A stretch of 28,225 nt of DNA from Tubiluchus corallicola (Eukaryota > Animalia > Priapulida), in assembly GCA_030141605.1 (NCBI GenBank), contig JAQGDQ010001714.1, positions 1 to 28,225 on the forward strand, given 5' to 3'. A model generated the notes under the pieces. That model was not told the origin of the DNA and searched no databases. It saw only the letters and a list, made by a program, of their open reading frames with translations. Within the stretch, counting starts at the first letter, position 1, and every line of letters begins with the position of its first letter. Made by a program: the position numbers and the translations under genes. Shown in pieces: positions 11,996 through 21,561 of this stretch.

Positions 11996-13163
11996 AGAGG
12001 AAGAAAACGCCATTTTAAAGTATGCCCCAAAATGTCCCACACAAAGTTACATTACGTAGCATTACACTTATCTGCTTGAAAGATTTACGTAGAAAAGAAA
12101 ATTCTTGGTAATTTAAAATGTTAGCACCAACTGGCAAAATGTCACTGACTCACCATCCTAGGGTGCACCACTGACTCATCAAAAAGTGCACTTTTATTCT
12201 TATTGACAAGATACAATAATTTATACTTTTATTTAGTTAGCAAAGAGTGTGCTACGAATGCTGTGTTTATTTTTTCAAACTTAATCCAAACACGTAACTA
12301 TCGACCCAAAGAAAGGGAAACACGTCCAGAATTACCTGTACAGGTGAGAAATATTTTATTTAAACCTTTCGTTTGTGGAGCACGTTTATTTCTTGAATCT
12401 GCTGTTTTTCATTTCCTGCTTTAAATTTCAAAAATGTTCTGATTAACATCAACAGATGGCGCAAATTAATCTAATTTTAAGTTAACCTGCGACAAATGCC
12501 TAAAAGCACAAGAAAACCCTCCATTTACATAAAACTTAGAAAATTCGACACAGTCTTTTTGCACACAGGGCTTGCGTCGGCAACAACGCTGTGTAAAACA
12601 TGTATGTTTAAACTCCTGCGATGACCGTTATACGCAGCCATTTTGAGGATAAGTCGCTTGAAACAAGATTAGATTGTACTGATAAAGTTTGAAAAAATAA
12701 TCAGAGCATTCGTAGCACACATGGTACTAACTAGGTAAAATTAAAACTAATTACTGTATTTTGTCAAAAATATTAAAAGTACGTTTTTTTATTAGTGGGT
12801 GGACCCTGGAGGTGAGTCAGCGACATTTTGCCATTTGGTGAAAACATTTTAAATAATTAAGAATTTTCTTTTCTAGTTACATACCCTAAGTCTTTCGAGT
12901 AGGGAAGCTTAGTAACTAAAGTAAGTAACTTAGCTTTGAATACAATTTTTTTTGGAACGTAGTTTAAGATTTTCGTTTCTTCCCCTGATTTGCGTTGTGC
13001 GTATATGACGTCATGTAATGGCGTGGTCGGTATTGTGGGAGATTCAGAGCGAAAACAAACAAATGTTAACACGATTACGGTATATCGTAAAATTGCTGTA
13101 AAGTTGCATAATTTTTAAAGCAATTTTTCTGTAACCTACTTCAGGTGCCCCTTTTCTTGTCCT
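11996..13163. mobile_element. Non-autonomous Kolobok-like (TTAA-target) DNA transposon with long internal inverted repeats
   Basis: TTAA|AGAGGAAGAAAA...TTTTCTTGTCCT|TTAA; arms ~12045-12285 and ~12684-12930 are reverse-complementary (e.g. TAGAAAAGAAAATTCTT/AAGAATTTTCTTTTCTA; GTGTGCTACGAATGCT/AGCATTCGTAGCACAC). Confidence 0.75.
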
Positions 13164-13395
13164 TTAAGTTACACGTAGTTTTGGACAAAGTGAAGAGTTA
13201 TTTTTCTTCTTATTTTTCAAGGCGAGGCAGCGTTGACATGATAAAATTATGACTTTACCTTTAATGATTGTAGAACATAAAACTGATAAAAACAACAAAG
13301 TTTAAATTACTTCATCTCGTGTCTGTAGTTACACCAGCCATTTTTACAAGTTCTCGATCAGCAGAGTAGGTCAGAAAATTCTATTAGCAAAAGAA

Positions 13396-14310
13396 ATGGC
13401 AACTTCACTAGACGAGCCGCAAACTCCAGCTGAAAGGGTTGATGCGATGGACAACTGGAACCAGAGATACGATTATGTTTTTGCTAACGAAGATTTATGT
13501 GATGTAACTTTTTCAGTTTGTGAAATTGTCATCAACGCTAGTCGGTACGTACTTGCACTTAGAAGTGACGTTTTTAAGAGGATACTGTTTGGGCCGCCGT
13601 GTCATAAACTTGGTGATGTCATACCAATAACTGACGTCGAACCTGAAGCGTTCCTGTTGCTTTTGAGGTTTACTTATACTGACAAAGCTGAATTAACTGG
13701 TGATAATTTTCTTTCAGTACTTTACTTTGCTAAGAGGTACAACATTCGTGAACTTGAAAAAATGGCTGTTGATTTCCTTAAATCGGAAATCACAGCTGTT
13801 AATATTTGCACCATTCTGACAGCTGCATGTTTCTCTGAAAGGCGAGATGTAGAGATTATGATTATGATCAGCACAACAGCTGTACTGCATGATTTGGTCA
13901 AAATTTTGACATTGGCATAAAAATGTGAAGCTTTTGACGCTATATAATGTCATTTATTGACTAGAGTCCTCCCTGCTGGTAGTAACAATAAACCAGCAAC
14001 AGAAACCAAACTCCGTGTTGAAGCTCATCACCATCTTATTCTCATCGTGTTTGAGTAACGATCATGTATTGAGGATGTCAAACTTGATGAACTGACAATT
14101 AGTGAAAAGGGGAACTACTTGAAGCCGTTTTAAGATGGGCTGATGTCGAGTGTGAACGAAAGAAACTAAAACAAGAGAACAGTCCTCGGCGACATTTTGT
14201 TTCAGATCAGATTTCCCACAATGGATTCAGAATTATTCATCAAAGGTCCTTTAGTGGTTGGAATATTAAATGACAAGGAGCAACTGAATGTTTTGATCAA
14301 TCATTTTTAA
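13396..14310 (+). pseudogene. BTB/POZ-BACK domain gene (BTBD1/2/3/6-like), disrupted
   Basis: BTB motif CDVTFSV...ASRYVLALRSDVFKRILFG...ITDVEPEAFLLLLRFTYTD...AKRYNIRELEK. After the stop at 13918-13920, BACK motifs continue in shifted frames: KLDELTISEK (14080), ELLEAVLRWADVECER (14112), VLGDILFQIRFPTMDSELF...GILNDKE (~14180-14290). Confidence 0.85.
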
Positions 14311-14752
14311 GAAGAGGCTTAAAAATTAATATTTCCCAAAAAGAAAAAAACTAAATTGAAATCGTTTCTGTCATATGTACTGAACTTGTTGAAAATATTA
14401 ATAATTTTACGAATAAGATATCAGAAAATTTGCAGTCATTGGTAGCGCTAAAGAGCTCGACACTAATGTTTTCAGGTGTGATGAACTATGCTCCAATACT
14501 AGATATAAGTTATAACTATTGTGTAAGCTGCTGCTTGAAATTACAAGTTTTACTTTTCGCTTTTACTTCTACTTCTGACAGCATACGTAAGAACAGTTGG
14601 GTTGAAGTGACTAACAATGATCCACGAAAGTCACTCAGAACATTTTAAAACAAAGACAAGTTCAGAAGTGAAAGGTTTTTGGTGGTATCAGAATAATATT
14701 GCAGAGCTTCTGGGTTTATTAGTGATGGAATAATTCGCATAAAAGTTGTGCC

Positions 14753-14836
14753 GTTGTTTTGTTGTTGTTGTTGTTGTTGTTGTCGTTGTGTTGTTGTTGT
14801 TGTTGTTGTTGTTGCTGCTGCTGCTGTTGCTGCTGC

Positions 14837-14911
<75 letters not shown>

Positions 14912-14999
14912 GATGGTGATGACGATGATGACGAGATAATAATGAAGATGGTGATGATGATGCCGACGATGACGATGACGATGATGCTAATGATGATGT
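14753..14999. repeat. (TTG)n/(CTG)n plus degenerate (GAT/GAC)n microsatellite
   Basis: Direct reading. Confidence 0.97.
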
Positions 15000-15436
15000 C
15001 TAAGTAAGGTACATGTGCAACCCTAGGCACAAACAGCAGATGTTACGCTTATGATCAACTAGTTTCTGCCATTGTTAAAGTTTGCATTCACTGGAAACCT
15101 CAGAAGCATCAATTAAGCAAAACATCTTTGCTTTTATTTGGTTACGTTTGTGTGGTTATAATTCACAACGTGTTAGATGAATAATAACAAAAATGCTGAG
15201 TAGATCAACCACAACATGAACATGAAGTTGTGTGAAAATTTAGCAGTAACATGACACTGTAAACTAGCAGGTTTGACTTAAAAAGCCTAGGCTATCATCA
15301 GCTACAGCATCTTCTAGTACGAAAATCACTTACCTTAATTAGTTAAGACAAAACATATTTATATTTATATAATTATCAATGTACACTCATAAAATTATAT
15401 TATGTAAAAAACAGTTTATAGGCCTATGCTGTTCAA

Positions 15437-15643
15437 GTTTTTCATTTCTTCGCCTACAACGAACATGTTTTTCATTTCTTCGCCTACAACGAACATGTTT
15501 TTCATTTCTTCGCCTACAACGAACATGTTCTCCGTTTCTTCGCCTACAACGAACATGTTTTCCATTTCTTCGCCTACAACGAACATGTTTTTCATTTCTT
15601 CGCCTACAACGAACATGTTCTCCGTTTCTTCACCTACAACGAA
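15437..15643. repeat. Minisatellite, 30-bp unit, ~7 copies
   Basis: TTTTTCATTTCTTCGCCTACAACGAACATG head-to-tail. Confidence 0.97.
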
Positions 15644-15902
15644 ATTTTAAAGACGAAAAAATCAAACTTCAATATTTGGTTTACTAGGCATAATGTTCAG
15701 CATGTGTATCTCAGACATGTGCGCATGTGCTGAGCCGTGAAGCAAACAGTACTACCCTCACGTGCTGTGGTTCTGTGCAAGCATAAAGAAAAAACTAAAG
15801 AAATAAACTTATTATATTGAATGTTATCGATAATATTGAGTGAAAATAGGGGGTGCTGCAGTTCCACAGTGCCTATACATGAGTCGCTACTGAAATGGAG
15901 TT

Positions 15903-16360
15903 AATGGAGTTAATATTTACTACTCTGCCTTGTGTAAACATTTCAGTAGTATACTACGTACATTTACTCAAACAATATTACAATGCTGTCAAGAAATGCA
16001 GGTAATATTTAATACTCTGCCTACTGTAAACATTTCAGTAGTATACTACGTACATTTAGTCAAACAATATTACAATGCTGTCAAGAAATGGAGGTAATAT
16101 TTAATACTCTGCCTTGTGTAAACATTCCACTAGTATACTACGTACATTTAGTCAAACAATATTACAATGCTGTCAAGAAATGGAGGTAATATTTAATACT
16201 CTGCCTACTGATAACATTTCAGTAGTATACTACGTACATTTACTCAAACAATATTACAATGCTATCAAGAAATGGAGGTAATATTTAATACTCTGCCTTG
16301 TGTAAACATTCCGCTAGTATACTACGTACATTTACTCAAACAATATTACAATGCTGTCAA
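15903..16360. repeat. Minisatellite, 92-bp unit, ~5 copies
   Basis: TCAAGAAATG recurs at ~92-bp spacing (16081, 16173, 16265); the unit contains GTAGTATACTACGTAC. Confidence 0.95.
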
Positions 16361-16596
16361 CTTGTCAGGCAACTGAACAAGCAAAATTGTACAAAAGGTT
16401 TCATGAAACAATAATAAACGTGCCAAATGAACCCGTTAACCCATCTAAAAGGCACTTAGAAAAAGAAAAGGAGAAATCGAGTACAAAAATCATTTATCTG
16501 GCACATGTAAGTTTTAAAAATGGACACCGGAATCAAAGTTTTCCTTAATCTTAAGTTAATATACACAAGTTACAACATCCACTGTCAAATACAGAA

Positions 16597-16924
16597 CAGT
16601 CAACCCTCGTTAAACCGGACTAATTGGGGGGGGGGTCTGGTTTAGCGGATTGTCCGATTTATCCGATATGCCAATATATGGTCTATATTATACAGGAATA
16701 ATCACCTTAATAAGGCCTATATACATTGCACTATATACTGTGCGCTATATACTATACTGTATATTACTTTAAAATAGTTAACCTATGAGGATAAAGAAAT
16801 TATTGTACAGTTGGTAGGCCGTGTTGTGTTTAGCGCGGAAATCGGTCAGTTTCCTTTACCACGGGTGACGTCCGTCTTATCCGATATCCGGGCTAACGGG
16901 GTCCGGTTTAACGAGGGTCGGGAG
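16597..16924. mobile_element. pogo/Tigger-like MITE
   Basis: TIRs CAGTCAACCCTCGTTAAACCGGAC / GTCCGGTTTAACGAGGGTCGGGAG|TA; subterminal TCCG/ATCCG repeats. Confidence 0.8.
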
Positions 16925-17128
16925 TATACACTGGAAAAATAATACCATGGTTATGATTACTACTGCGCAACAAAACAACGTTGCTCTAACTTGTTGCAAA
17001 ACGAAGTCAAAGTACACTTGCACTACTGTACCTCGAAAAATTTCAACCACATACAACGCTGTATAGTCATATAAAAAATAGGAAAATGCAACTATATGAC
17101 TTTAGGCCACATAGGTTCAATTTCTCGA

Positions 17129-17758
17129 TGGTACGACTCCATGCGTACGTAATGCGTAATCCGTAATGCGTGATCCGTATTCATTCGAACGTGATCACTT
17201 TCGTCCGAATACGCATCATGCAGACGGGAAACCGCCGTTGCCTAGGTGATTATAGCAAGTTTTCAAGTTTCCGGTGACCATTTTTGCTGTTTAGCTTTCT
17301 GAAAATTCTAGTTAGGTGCGTTTTTGGATAGTTTGGGACCTACAATAAACAATAATGTTTTTTTCTATTTGAGTTTTTGAGAGATGGAAGAAGCATGTAG
17401 TTATGTGTTGTGCATCTAACTGCAGTTCTTTCACTAAATGATGATACCTGCCATATTGTTCTCTCCCCTGCAAAATGCTGTTCACCCAAAACCTGTGCTT
17501 TCTTTTCCTGTTACTATTACTGTAATAGTACAGTAATAAGCTAACGCCGCAGCTGTAATTATCACACTTAAATTTCGACAGAGACATGGTTTCCAAAAAT
17601 TATTGCTTGCAATTTTCACGAATAGCGACCAAAAATGGTGAAAAGAGTGCCGTGGCTTTGTTATTACGCATAGCGTTTACGGATACGCGGAAACAGTCAA
17701 TACGCATTACGGATCACAGATCACGCATTACGCATTATGTGCACATGGAGTCGTAGCT
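17129..17758 (-). mobile_element. Internally deleted PIF/Harbinger transposon retaining the transposase N-terminus
   Basis: TIRs GGTACGACTCCATG / CATGGAGTCGTAGC with subterminal TAATGCG/TGATCCG repeats; ORF 17596-17312 has RKHRFWVNSILQGREQYGRYHHLVKELQLD...FFHLS, matching the recalled N-terminal motif of Harbinger (HARBI1/ALP1-like) transposases. Confidence 0.8.
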
Positions 17759-18360
17759 CAATACTGTCTAAACTAATTTGTAAGTTTTGGGATAGATAAA
17801 TAAGTACTGTGCATATGCACACGCAAATAAGCAATATAAATGCTGTGTGTGCATGATAAGTGTCCAAAAGGTCTTTTGTCAGAATTTTTTGACCAGAAAT
17901 GGTGTCTGGGTACTTATTATGCTAAGCAGTGTCATCATCAAACTCATATCTCGGTTTGCCGGACTTCGCTTTTACGGATATCGGAAAAATCGGACAAAAT
18001 CTCGTTAGTAGAAAGTCCCGCACACTACGAGCAAGGTCTGTTGCTTCGCAAACTGACCGCTAGATGGCAGGCCTTCACTTGTTTACATTATTACATCAGC
18101 GTAACCAAGCAGCGTGTAACGACAAGATTTTTTGAGACAATTAGACGATTGATTTTGCACTACCATGATTCTAATACACGTGCCTACCGTGCCTTACTTA
18201 GTATCGGAAAATAGGGACAGTCAGCAAATTCGGACCGACGTCTGCCCGCTTTTGTCCAGCAAACCGAGATATGAGTGTATTTCTATATAAGAGTCTTGTG
18301 CGGTTAAAGTCAAAAGGTAAGAGTCTGTTTTCCACCGTTTGGTCCGTAATCTGAGGGAGA

Positions 18361-18558
18361 TTAATAATTACTGAAAATGTCCTCTTCATAAATTTGTTGG
18401 ACTGTTTTGGCAAGCACTACAAAGTAGACGATTAGAACAATGGCGACAATGACGTAAAGTATTAAACCAATGACCAAGCCAGCTATGTTGAGCTTCTTGG
18501 CCGTTTGTGAAGCGTCCTGGGCTGCTTGCAGTGCACCTCTGGAGGCCTCTTCGTTAAC
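18361..18558 (-). CDS. CD225/dispanin-family protein (IFITM/PRRT1-like), terminal exon
   Basis: Acceptor TTTTGTTTTAG|; 198 nt encoding VNEEASRGALQAAQDASQTAKKLNIAGLVIGLILYVIVAIVLIVYFVVLAKTVQQIYEEDIFSNY*, i.e. the dispanin intracellular loop and C-terminal TM helix. Confidence 0.9.
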   Translation of the reverse strand, partial: VNEEASRGALQAAQDASQTAKKLNIAGLVIGLILYVIVAIVLIVYFVVLAKTVQQIYEEDIFSNY

Positions 18559-19063
18559 CTAAAACAAAATGGCGATTATAAATGACTTATCTGTGTACAG
18601 CAAAGCTATAATTTAAAAGTGAAATGACGAACAGGGTAACGACAACTACAATAGATGCACATAATTAGGGTTGCCAGCCGTCCCTTATATGCGGGACATG
18701 TCCCATATTTGATAATTTTGTCCGGTACTGAATTTTCCGGGACATTGAAATGTCCCGCATTTTCAAATTTCGTAATAAAATATATTTTGCTACCTTCTTA
18801 GTTGTAACTTTTTAATTAATTAAATTTTTTTTCTCGGATTCTCTTGATGAAAATAACACAAATGTAATGACGAAACAAGAGTTACTAGAGGTTTCCACAA
18901 AACTGACTTGTTTGCTGCCTGTTTGCAACTTGCTATATGTTTTAACTTGTCTCTACATTTATGAAATATATTGGTCTGGGTGTGCACTGTAGGGTGTGGT
19001 CAAAATAACTTTTTTATCCAATCTTTTTACAACTTTTTCTACTTTGGATGTTTGATGAGATAC

Positions 19064-19434
19064 TGTTGTGTTTTGTTTCTCTCGGACGGCTCGTAGAGAA
19101 AACCAGAAAACACGTTGTCAAATTAAACAGGTTTATTATGCGCGAATTCTACAATGCAAAAGTATGAAGGAAGGCGAAATATATACAGTCAAGTGATAGG
19201 AAAACATCATGTGATAATCTGAGAATTTGAAATTAATCTGCGAACAAACTCGAGCGGCCAGGTCCAGCTTATGTATCTGTATGTATTATGTATGTATTAT
19301 GTACGTGGACAATCGCCAGAACAATCTAGAAACTACTATGCGCATCGCGTATAGAAAGTTCTCGAATCTTCTACTGCTTCTACAAGGTAAGAAAATTGGT
19401 TCTACTATACTATAGAATATTCTAGATCTCCACA
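19064..19434 (-). mobile_element. Solo LTR (371 bp) nested in the hAT element
   Basis: TG...CA termini (TGTTGTG...TCTCCACA) with a perfect 5-bp TSD GATAC (19059-19063, 19435-19439); on the minus strand a TATA-like TATATAT (~19179-19185) precedes AATAAA (19132-19137). Confidence 0.85.
19353..19427. promoter_or_regulatory. Heat-shock elements (inverted nGAAn repeats) in the LTR U3 region
   Basis: AGAAAGTTCTCGAATCTTCT = four perfect alternating nGAAn units (19353-19372); AGAATATTCTAGAT at 19414-19427. Confidence 0.6.
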
Positions 19435-19774
19435 GATACTAACATTGGTAAATTTTCAACTAGATTAAGCTTTGGGAACACCTGTCTTCATTCGTCTTAA
19501 GATTTCGGAATTATGCTCATTTGTGTAGTAGTTTGACAAATTTTAAAAACTTCTATATCCACTCCACTGACCTAGCAAGTTTTACCACACCCTTGAACTG
19601 TGCAGCCATGTATAAATTTGTATATATTTGTATATATATATATATATATATATAGTAATACAGAGAGATATTTTAAGAGTGTCCTGTACCAATAATTTTA
19701 CAATCTGGCAACCCTACACATAACCCATATTTATGTAGATGAGTTATGGAATTCAGAATAAAGCATACTATGTA

Positions 19775-19776
<2 letters not shown>

Positions 19777-19869
<93 letters not shown>

Positions 19870-19945
19870 TGTGAATACAGTATACTAAATATATATATAT
19901 ATATATATATAGTATACTGTATATATACTATATATATATATATAC
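19777..19945. repeat. (GT)n, (GCGT)n and (TA)n microsatellites
   Basis: Direct reading. Confidence 0.97.
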
Positions 19946-20134
19946 AGTATTTAATTACCATAAGTTACCTATCACCCCTCCACGCAAACTGCCCAGGGCC
20001 TGTACCGTGTACCATGAAGAATACAGCTGGTTTAAATTCTGATTTCAAAAACCTCAGGGAACACAATTCAGAATGGCTCTATTTCCTTAGCAAGGTCTCT
20101 GACAGGTAGCTTGTGACAAACTGCATCAGGGAGT

Positions 20135-20239
20135 TCCTCCATGGTGTAACAGTTAGCATAACTATAACAGTTAGCATAACTATAACAGTTAGCATAACTG
20201 TACAAAATTCAAAAACTCAGGTTCGAATCCCAGTGTGGA
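20135..20239 (+). mobile_element. tRNA-derived sequence (SINE head or tRNA pseudogene) with an 18-bp triplication
   Basis: TCCTCCATGGTGTAACAGTTAGCAT (A-box/D-arm-like)...GGTTCGAATCCCAGTGTGGA (B-box/T-arm and acceptor); TAACAGTTAGCATAACT occurs three times. Confidence 0.55.
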
Positions 20240-20498
20240 TTTATTTTCGCTTGCATGCGGCGAGGTTTGAAAAATACGCGTTGTTAGCCTCCGTTTAACC
20301 CCAAAAACCTGTTACGTTGCTAAATGGGGCCCATATACTCCACAGCAACAGATGATGAAGTTATAAACAGCTGCAAGCTGTTCTATTTTTATAATTGGTA
20401 AGCCATTGAAATGCCTGTAAGGAGCAACAGCTGTAGATTCGGCGATATGGGGAATCTTAGCGAATTTTTACAAGTAGAAATTTCCACGATAAACTTAC

Positions 20499-20600
20499 CT
20501 TGCAGGAAAATATAAGAGCAGCTATTCCAATTGGCCAGCAGCAACACAAACAGGTGATTACCGACCAGCACATGTGGGATGGAGGACTGGCTTGAACCAC
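20499..20600 (-). CDS. CD225/dispanin-family protein, internal exon (CD225 core)
   Basis: Acceptor TTTTTTTCTAG| and donor AAG|GTAAGT; 102 nt, phase 0/0, VVQASPPSHMCWSVITCLCCCWPIGIAALIFSCK (Cys cluster followed by P-I-G and A-x-x-F-S); joins the terminal exon in frame. Confidence 0.92.
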
Positions 20601-20650
20601 CTAGAAAAAAAATCAGACAGGCTTATTGTAGACAATGTTTCTACGTTACT

Positions 20651-21561
20651 CAAGGGCCTATTAACCAACAGGCTAACTAGGCTGTAGCCTAGGGCGCCAA
20701 AGTTTGTGTAGCGTCACATTTTAGAAAAAAATTATTCTCCACGGAAAATGAGTATACAGTCAACCTCGGATGCGAGGGACTGTCTCTTATAGTCGAAGTT
20801 GAGTCAGACCGAGGGTTTATCTAGACCTGCGAGCTCTATGTACCTCCTCATCTGGTAGCATAATGCCCAATGAACCGTTTGTCGCAATGTATGTAATATA
20901 GCGACTTAATGCAAACACATCCAATCGTCTTGAACGGAACACAAAAATCAATGTTTATTCAATCTCATCCCAATTACAAGCCATTACAGCCACAAGACCC
21001 GACCGTAGTCAAAGGGACTACAGTCGGGCCCGCGCAGGGTGTCGGCATAGGCTTTTTAGGATGTAAAAAATATTTGATCATAGCGTTCCTTAAATGTGAG
21101 AAAATTCACCGGGGTTTCTATTATGCGGGATCTGAAGATATCATCCCTTATAACCGAAAGTCCCTTGTATCCGAGTACCTGATATACGAAGATTTTTATA
21201 AGGAAAAACGTTACGAAAAATCGAGACCGGTGTTGGTGGTCCCTTATAAGCGAATGTTCCTTATAAGCGAGTACCTTATACCCGAGGTTGACTGTACTTC
21301 CATATTTATGTAAAGGACGCATTTTATAACACACCACAGGCTGCTTCTATATTAGTGCAACATAACGAACAGTTGCAAGGTATTACACAATAAGCAGTTG
21401 CGCAACCTACTAAAACATTAGCACTATTGAAATACATTGTGGTGAGTCTAATACACCACAAGTAATTGTTCGACCTACTCATTACATAAATAACGACAAA
21501 ATTGAGACGGGCTGAAGAAAACTATCAGCCTAGAGCATTGTAAAGTCTTGATACGCCCCTT
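20651..21561. mobile_element. Degenerate hAT (Tip100-like) non-autonomous element hosting a nested MITE
   Basis: Imperfect TIRs CAAGGGCCTATTAA / TTGATACGCCCCTT; AGCCTAG(G/A)GC near both ends; weak 8-bp TSD ACGTTACT/ACCTTATA. Confidence 0.5.
20757..21294. mobile_element. pogo/Tigger-like MITE
   Basis: TA|CAGTCAACCTCGG...CCGAGGTTGACTG|TA; several CCTTATAAGCGA-like subterminal repeats at 21145-21285. Confidence 0.9.

Larger units (their letters stand above)
18666..19716. mobile_element. Non-autonomous hAT (Blackjack-like) transposon in the dispanin intron
   Basis: Perfect 12-bp TIRs TAGGGTTGCCAG / CTGGCAACCCTA; 8-bp TSD CACATAAT/CACATAAC; subterminal GTCCC/GGGAC motifs. Confidence 0.9.

Noticed and set aside
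15437-15643. 30-bp repeats (and the 55/66/72/92-bp arrays) as CRISPR arrays
   Set aside because: Units are head-to-tail with no unique spacers, there are no cas genes, and the context is eukaryotic.
20909-21337. Overlapping 134-aa and 93-aa ORFs
   Set aside because: Lie within a non-autonomous MITE and its subterminal repeats; no recognisable domain.
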